Shown piece after piece: positions 55,936-64,000 of a DNA stretch of 64,000 nt (its first letter is position 1; each line of letters starts with the position of its first letter). Source of the stretch: Dictyostelium discoideum (lineage: Eukaryota); NCBI GenBank assembly GCA_000004695.1, contig CM000152.2, positions 896,001-960,000 of the forward strand. The letters are read 5' to 3'. Position numbers and translations under genes: made by a program. The notes below the pieces were generated by a model. It did no database searches, was not told the origin of the DNA, and worked only from the letters and a program-made list of their open reading frames with translations.

Positions 55936-58731
55936 TTAATTACTTGCAAGTTGAACATCTTCATCTAAAGAATTTAAAATTTTAATTAATTTTCCAAAAG
56001 AATCTTTTTCTTGTTGAGTTTTTGGTTCAGATTCAGTTGACTCCATTTCTTCAGCCATATCTTGACGTTGTTTAATTAAATGACGATATAGACAAGCCAA
56101 TTCTTTTTCCAGTATGATTGGTGATTGTAAAGCACCAGGTGGACAATCAGCAGGAACTGTTGAAAGAGTATTAATGAATGATTTCATATTTTCCATATTA
56201 TCAATTACGAAACGATTCATATCTTTCATAAAGTCTTCTTTGTATTCACCAAATTCTACTTGATTTGCCAAATTTTGTAAGGTTTTTGCAATAAGAATGA
56301 GAGAACGAGTAGTTTTAATGCCTGGATGATCTGGCATTAGATCGAAAAGTTTTGGAGCTAAAATTGCAGGACAAAAGAAACGAAGGAAAATGAAACCACT
56401 TACGGCTGTATAACGTGTGATTTCATCCTTTGGATAACGTTGAACCACTTTATCTTGAATGGATTTGAATACCTCTCTCAATGGGCCAGGACAATTATTT
56501 ACACTAGAGAGGATAGCAGTAGTCATCTTTTTAACCCAACTTAAAAGATTCTTACAATTCTTTTTAATATCCTCACCCTTCTCCAATTTGGTTGGATCAA
56601 TTTCACAAGACTTTTTTGATGAGTAAATCTTTTTAATCAATGGTCCAATGGTTTGAGAGAGATATGGTATACCAATTAATTTCATGAAAAGGTCTACACT
56701 CTTGGTTGCAAGTGAATTACCACGGAAAATAATGTCTGGATTATTGGTTGAATCAATTTCATGATCGGTTAAAGATTTTAAAAGGTATAGACATTTTCCA
56801 GTTTTTTCAAATACTCTAATTAAATTGTTTGATACTGATTCACGATGTTTTGTAACCTTTCCTAACAATGTAATGGTATAAAGGTTCTCTTGTTGTAAGA
56901 GTTCCAATAATGGTTGATAACTTTGTAATGGTAAAACTACTTCTTCACTATATTTTAATTTTAATCTAATATCACCAAATTTATTATCTAATGTTTGTTT
57001 TGGATAAAGACATAACCATTGATCATTTGGTTTCTCTATATCAATATGAGATGCTAATACAATACCTTGACCAATGAAATATTGTTCATAACCATCTTTT
57101 AATGGATTCATAATATTTGTACCATTATTATGATGATGATGAAGATTATTTGATGAATCTATTACATTTATACTACCATTACTAATTAAAGAACTTGTAC
57201 TATTAATAGATGAACTTAAATTGATTGTTTCAGGTGGTGCTGGTCCACCTGATGTACCAGTTGATTTTGGTGTTGTTTGTGGTGTATTAGTTGATGCATT
57301 TGATGATGATCTTGTCTTTGAATCTGGTGTTTTAATATTATTTGATTGTGATGATGGTGAAATTGGTGTTGATGGTGTTGATGATGGTGTTGTTGTAGCG
57401 GTAGTATCATTAGATTTTTGATGTGATGATGGTGGTGGGGTTGATGGTATGAAACCACTACCACTGGCACTTGAATTTGTGCCTCTTGGTGATTTTAAAC
57501 CACTAATATCACCATCATCTGAAAAAGTTTTTGGTTCATATCTCCAAAGTGTAAAAGTAATACATTCAATTGAATCTTTTAATTCTCTAGTGATACCATT
57601 AGTTAAGGCATCTTGCCAAGCAATACCTTCTTCGTCAATAACTATATCACCTTTTTTTGAACGTACAGACCAATTAATGAATGGAGTTGTATTTGTATAA
57701 ACGTTTGAAATATTTTCAGTGCTAGTTGAGCCACCCATTGAAGCAGCAGACATTGAAGGCAATGGAGTTGCCAATGAGTGTGATAAATTTCTACCAAATA
57801 AAACTTTCCATTGAATATGACCAGGTTGTGATGGATCTGTTAATGATATTGGTTTAAAGTTAAATAATATTTGAATTTGTGGTACTTTTTTCGAACTCTG
57901 TGGTTGAGTTAAAGGAAACCAAAGCTCCCTCTCTTTTTGATCCTTTAGTGTATTGATTGGTATCACCAATTTACCTATATGCTCATCGTTTGAATACTTC
58001 TTTTCATCCATAACTGATAATACCAATTTTGCTGATGCTGGATCACTGATTTCCAATTGAAACTCCTCACACCAAAATGGATTCAATTTCTTTGGAATTG
58101 TACGTGTACGTTGTTTTTGTTTCTCCAATTGAACTGTACAATAGGGATCGGTTGTATCTGAAAATGTCATTAAATTTGGTGATGATATCTCTGTAAGTAA
58201 ATTTTGTGCACGTTTAAATGATTTACCATTCTTTACCATCTCTCTCTTTCTTAATCTTGCCTCTATTAAATTTCTTGCTTCAAATACTTTAACTGTTAAA
58301 TTACAATCTTTAGTTTTTTGTTGTCTAATTAATGATTCATATGTTGCTGATGGTGTCATTAATGATTTTCTAGACATTGTTGATGTCTCTATATTATTAT
58401 TATTATTATTTATTTCATTTATTGTGTTTGTAGTTGTAGTATTTCCATCTTTTATATTTAATAATGGTATTGATGTTTTAGATTGTATTTGTTGTTGTTC
58501 TATTATAATATCATTTTTAATTTCAAATTCTAAAATTTTTTTTTTAATATTGATTTTTTTTTTTTTTTTTTTTTTTTGATATTTGTGTGTTAAAATTTGT
58601 TTATGTGTTTAAAATTTTATTTTATTTTATTTTTTTTTTTTTTTTGTGTGTTTAAAATTTTTTTTTTTTTTTTTTTATTATATACACTTACCATTAATAG
58701 TATTTTCGTTTACTGTTAATGATTCCATCAT
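55936..58731 (-). CDS. C2-domain Ras GTPase-activating protein, 2 exons (58731..58692, 58529..55936)
   Basis: Exon 1 MMESLTVNENTIN with donor GTAAGT, and acceptor AAAATTTTAG at 58530-31, join in phase 1. C2 domain LTVKVFEARNL..DPYCTVQLEKQKQRTRTIPKKLNPFWCEEFQLEI. The RasGAP signature is FLRFFCPAILAPKLFDLM, with a Ser/Thr/Pro-rich linker. Confidence 0.75.
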
Positions 58732-59309
58732 TTTATTTTTTTATATTTAATTAATTAATAATACAACCTAATCAAATGAAAGGTAAAGTTTTTTTGATAA
58801 CAATAATTCTTTTTTTTTTTTTTTTATTATATTTTTTAAAAAAAATAAAATTAAAAATTTTTTTTTTTTTGTTTTTTTTTTTGTGAGGGTTTTTTTTTTT
58901 TTTTTTTAATGAAAAAAAAAAAAATTGTCTATAAATTAGTGGTTAATATGAAAAAAATAAATATTAGATATTAAATATTTAATCTTAATTTTTAAATGAA
59001 ATAAAAATAAAATCAAAAATAAAGTATAGATAAAAACAATAAAAATAAATAAAAATAAAACAATGTCTTTTGAAAAAAAAAAAAAAAAAATAAAAATAAA
59101 AAAAAAAAAAAATAAAAAAAAAATTGAAAAAAAATAAAAATAAAAAAAAAAAAAAAAAAAAAAAACAAATTTTTTTTGAGATTATTGAAACGATTCAATT
59201 TTTCAAATAAATTTTTCATGATGAATGTACATATGTGTATTAATATATCTATTTATATTTTAACTTATTTTGGTTTTGTTTTTACTTTTTTTTTAAAATT
59301 TTTTTTTTA

Positions 59310-59340
<31 letters not shown>

Positions 59341-60098
59341 TTTTAATCAAAATTTTAATTATTTACAATATTTATTTAAAATTGGAATGATATGTGAGTT
59401 TGTGGTGTGAGAGAACGATTTAAAAATAAAAATAGAATTAAATTTAAAAATATAATTAAAATTAGAAATAGTAATTCCCTTTCTCTTTTTCTTTAATTTT
59501 TTAAAAAAATAATTACTTTATATATTTATTTAATATTTTATAATTAATAATGAAATAAAAAAATAAATTTGGAAAAAAATAAAATGAAAAAAAAAAAAAA
59601 AAAAGAATAATATGCAATACTTTGATTATATAAATAATTTTCTTTTGTAAAAAAAAAAAAAAAAAAAAATTTTTTTTTACAAATATACTTTTATAGAAAA
59701 TTTACAACCATAATTATAATTAACTATTTACCTATCACTTTTTTTTTTTTATTTTTATTACAATTACTATCTTTTTAAAATAATAATGATAAAAATATAA
59801 ATAAAAATAAAAAAAAATAAATAAAAAAAAAATAAAAAAAAGAAAACCTTTCTTTAATTGTTTTTTTTTATTTTTTTTTTTTTTTAATCAAGAAGAGAGA
59901 GAAAATAAAAAAAAAAAAATTATAAAAATAAAAAGAATAAAAAAATAAAAAATACAAATAATAAAAAAAATAAAAAAATAAAAAAAAACAAAACACGCCA
60001 ACAATAACGCTATAATAATGTTAAATGATGAAAATTAATAATAAACATACCTTTAGTTTATATTATATTGATATTGATATTGTTACTGTTACTGTTTG

Positions 60099-60160
<62 letters not shown>

Positions 60161-60646
60161 ATCTTTTGTTTTGTTATCAAAAAAAAAAAAAAAAAAAAAG
60201 AAAGGGTGAGATTTTTTTATAACTATTATTATTATTTTTTTTATAAAAAAAAAAAAAAAAAAATCAATAAAGTGAAAGGTTATAGTAGTAGTAGAAAGTG
60301 AGTGTAGTAGTGTAAACTATTAATAATTAAATAAAATCACAATTTTAATGTGTTTGGTGTTTATTTTTGCCTTTGTGTTCTTTTTATAATTATTATTATT
60401 ATCATTTTGTTTAATTTTGTTTAATTTTGTTTATTTTTTTTGCTTGTTTGAAAGTACTTTTTTTTTTTTTATTTTTTTTTTATTTTACATTGATGTTATT
60501 AATATAATACCCACACCACAAAAAACCCACACACAAACCATCATAACAGTACTGTCATACTCTTTAATTTAATAGATAGTACATGGTGAGTGAAAATGTG
60601 TGTGTGTGTGTTTGTGTGTGTTGGGAGATTAGAATTATTATTATTT

Positions 60647-60684
<38 letters not shown>

Positions 60685-61162
60685 ATTTAATTATTTAATT
60701 ATTTAATTATTTAATTTTTTAAAATTTTAATAATAGAAATTAAAAAAAAAATAAAAAAGTGATGGAAATTGGTTCAGTGTTTTAACGAGTTCCAGATTTA
60801 ATTCCCATCATTAAATGTAAAGACATGAAAGTGGATCTAAAAAAAAAAATAATTAAAATAATTTATAAAAAAAAAAAATTAAACCAAAGAAAAAAAAAAA
60901 AAAAAATCTAAGTGATGTGATTTTTGAGATTGGACGTTGTTCACACAATAAAAAATAAATAAATAAATAATATAAATAAATAAATAAATAAAATTTAATA
61001 AATAAAAATAAAAATAAAAAAAAAATAAATATCACATTGTGATGTGAATTTAGACAAATCTTTACCTTTTTTTGATTCAGTAAATAAAATAATTTAAACT
61101 AAAATAAGGTGAAAAAGATTTTGGAAAAAATAAAAATTTATTTTAAAAATAATTTTTTTAAA

Positions 61163-61203
<41 letters not shown>

Positions 61204-62183
61204 GTGGTTAAAAAGTACTTTTATTTATTAAATTCCAATTGGAATTGTTGTATCTCTAATAATTGTTTATTTCTTTACAGTGCAACAATCACTTGGTTTT
61301 GTAATGACAAATAAAAAAAATATAAAAAAAAATAAAAATAAAAAAAATAAAAAAAATAAAAAAATAAAAATAAAAAAAAAAAAATATCTGTTCATTTTTT
61401 TTTTTTTTTTTATTTTTTATTTTACCGTTTGCAAAATGTGAAAAATATCCAACTTTCGTTGAAACATTACATTATGAGAAATTTAGATGGAAAAGAGGAA
61501 TGTGAATCTTATGTATCTACTTATTATTATCATTATTTATAATTTTATTTGATTATTTTTAATTTTATTACTTTTTTATTTTTTATTTTATATTTATTTT
61601 TATTTTTATTTTTATATTTGATCAAAAAAAAAATAATAAAAAAATAAAATAAAAATTTTTAAAAAAGATAAAAAAATAAAATAAAATTTTTTTTTTATTA
61701 TTCATTCTTTTTTTTTTTTCTATTCATTTTTAAAAACAATCCTCAATTCCAATATCAGCTTCATTAAATTGCATTTAATAGGTATCATGACAGTATAATT
61801 TAAAAAACTGAAGTTTTTAATCCTTTGATACCCTTACAATTTTTATTCAAATTATTAAATTAATTTAAAAGTTATTGGATAAACATCCTCCCACCTTAAA
61901 TTTTATTTTTAATTTATTTATTATATTTTTTTTAATGAAATTAAAAAAAAAAGAAAAAAAAAAAAAAAATGTAATTTTTTGGTAAATCAAAAAAAAAAAA
62001 ATAAAAAAAAATTCAATTTGGCTCACCACATGCGATAAACCAAAAAAATTATTATCACAAACGAGCAATGGGTTGATAAATTTAGGTTGTTTCTTTATGA
62101 ATTTTCATTGAAAGGGATTTTTGAGATTAATTAAAAGAATTGAGAAACTTTTTAGATTTGGACCCATGGGCACAAAATAAAAA

Positions 62184-62219
<36 letters not shown>

Positions 62220-62559
62220 TTGTTGTTGTGTTTGTTGGTTTAATTAATTATTTGGGTTGAATCTTTCAAAATAATATTAACAATAAAAAATAATAATAAT
62301 AATAAATAATAAATAATAAATAAAATAATAATAAAATAAATAATAAATAATAAATAATAAAAAAATAAATAATAAAAATATATAATAATAAAATAAAATA
62401 GGTAAGGAATGTTCTTTTTTTTTTTTTTTTTTTTAATATTTTCAATCACCTGCTGGTTGATTATTGAAACCTTTTTCTTTTTTTTTTTTTTTTTTGATTT
62501 TTTTTTATTTTTTATATATTTTTTTTGATTTTTTTTTTGTAGCGGACAAATTTTCATTT

Positions 62560-62590
<31 letters not shown>

Positions 62591-63759
62591 TTTTCTTTGA
62601 GTGTGTCCATCGAGAGAACTTACGTATAGAAGAAAATAAAAGGTGTGGGTTATAACAATATAATGTATTTTTATTTATTTTTCATCACTTTTTTTTTTTT
62701 TTTTTTTTTTTCAATACAAATTAAATAAAATAAAAATAATAAATAAAACGATAAAAAATAAAAAAATATGTACGATAAAAATAAACCAAAATATAAAATA
62801 TAAAAATATAAAAATATAAAAATATAAATAACTACATTATAAACCCAACCATTTGTCATATTTATAAATATTTTAACTTCTCTATGAACCTTAATAAAAT
62901 GACAAAATAACGAAACCTGCACTTTTTCTATTTTAATATTAATATAGAGCGTGTACTCTTATTTTTAAATAAATCATTGGAGAGAAGACTTAAATATTTT
63001 ATAAAACGAATTTTTTTTGCAATAACTGTTTTTTATTTTCCAGAAATCATTTTTATAATTTTTTAATTATTATTTTTTTTACTTTTTTTTTTTTATTTTT
63101 TTATTTTTTATTATTTTATAATTTTTTATTTATTTATTTTTTTTTTTTTTTCAATAATCGCCAATGATTTTTAAATTAAAATCATTCATTCGATAATTTG
63201 AATAAACAAACAAAGAAAAAAAAAAAAAAAAAAACAATAAATAAAAATAAATAATAAAAATAGAAATAAATAATCAAAAAAAAAAAAAATTATAATAATT
63301 TAATCAAAAAAAAAAATTAATTTAGATTTGTAAAAATATTTTTTTTTACCAGCTGATCTAAATTCGTAATTAAATTTTTATTTTTTTCAATTTTTATTTT
63401 TTTTTTTATTTTTGTCGAAAAAAAAAAAAAAAACGAATAAAATAAGGGCATTCATTAATTTTTTCTTTTTTTTCTATAATTATTTTTTAAAAATAAAAAA
63501 AAAAAATTTTTTTTTTTTTTTATTCCACTCCGATTGTCACCTGCCATTCCATTTTATTTATTATTATTTTTTTTTTTTATTTTTTATTTTTGTTTATTAA
63601 ATTCAATCAAAAAAAAAAAAAATTTAATAAAAATAATAAAAAAAAAATTATCCTCAAATTTATCTATGTCATTACCATCAAAATCATTCATACAATATTA
63701 CCAACATACTCAACATTTATAACAATAACATCAACATCAACAAATAAAATAGAAAAGAA

Positions 63760-63986
63760 ATGCCATCCCAAAGCAATAATGTTATTACATCTTCTACAGC
63801 CTCATCATCAATGAGTTCGTCATCCAATAGTTCTGATGCATCATCAACATCATCGTCAAACACCAACAATGCACATTCCTCCAACAACCAATTTGTGAGT
63901 GGCCAATTAAATTTAGTTGGAAATACTCACACAAAAATTAATGATAATTATGAAATTATTTCAAAAATAGGTGAAGGTATTTCAGG
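63760..63986 (+). CDS. First exon (partial; runs off the window) of a protein kinase
   Basis: Ser-rich N-terminus, then YEIISKIGEGISG, a glycine-rich-loop-type GxGxxG motif, ending at donor GTAAGT at 63987 in phase 2. Confidence 0.4.
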
Positions 63987-64000
63987 GTAAGTTTTTTTTT

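Overview
This window reads as Dictyostelium-type (social amoeba) nuclear DNA, so it carries no prokaryotic operons or CRISPR arrays. I infer this from about 78-80% AT overall, very AT-rich intergenic DNA with long poly(dA/dT) tracts, short spliceosomal introns with GTAAGT/GTATGT donors and (T)nAG acceptors, and abundant poly-N/Q/S/T coding microsatellites. I can support about 22 protein-coding genes. Most have one or two short introns, and I reconstructed these by hand from the six-frame track. Recognisable products are: an atypical Ras-like GTPase with a CAAX box; an FKBP-TPR peptidyl-prolyl isomerase; an NDR/LATS-family kinase; SDHAF4; a coiled-coil/PH-domain protein; alanyl-tRNA synthetase; an FHA plus bromodomain-like protein; LETM1; a type II fucosyltransferase-like glycosyltransferase with a (PT)n stem; a divergent Sar1-like GTPase; mRNA cap guanine-N7 methyltransferase; a TANGO6/Rtp1-like HEAT protein; a hybrid histidine kinase with receiver domain; RtcB RNA ligase; and a C2-domain RasGAP. 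Several low-complexity or unassignable genes are also present. The most notable non-genic structure is a pair of roughly 0.85-kb diverged direct repeats, 19.95-20.76 kb and 22.15-23.01 kb. Each carries a conserved 58/59-codon minus-strand ORF whose single indel preserves the reading frame. Copy B is followed by a 31-bp perfect inverted-repeat pair. Other points are an in-frame stop inside a large membrane-glycoprotein ORF, a nucleotidyltransferase-fold signature in an unannotatable protein, a GT/CA-rich quasi-palindrome in a gene-free 6-kb AT desert, and many perfect coding trinucleotide repeats. I found no tRNA or rRNA genes. I see no discrete multi-gene system here; the candidates worth following up are listed as findings with conservative scores.
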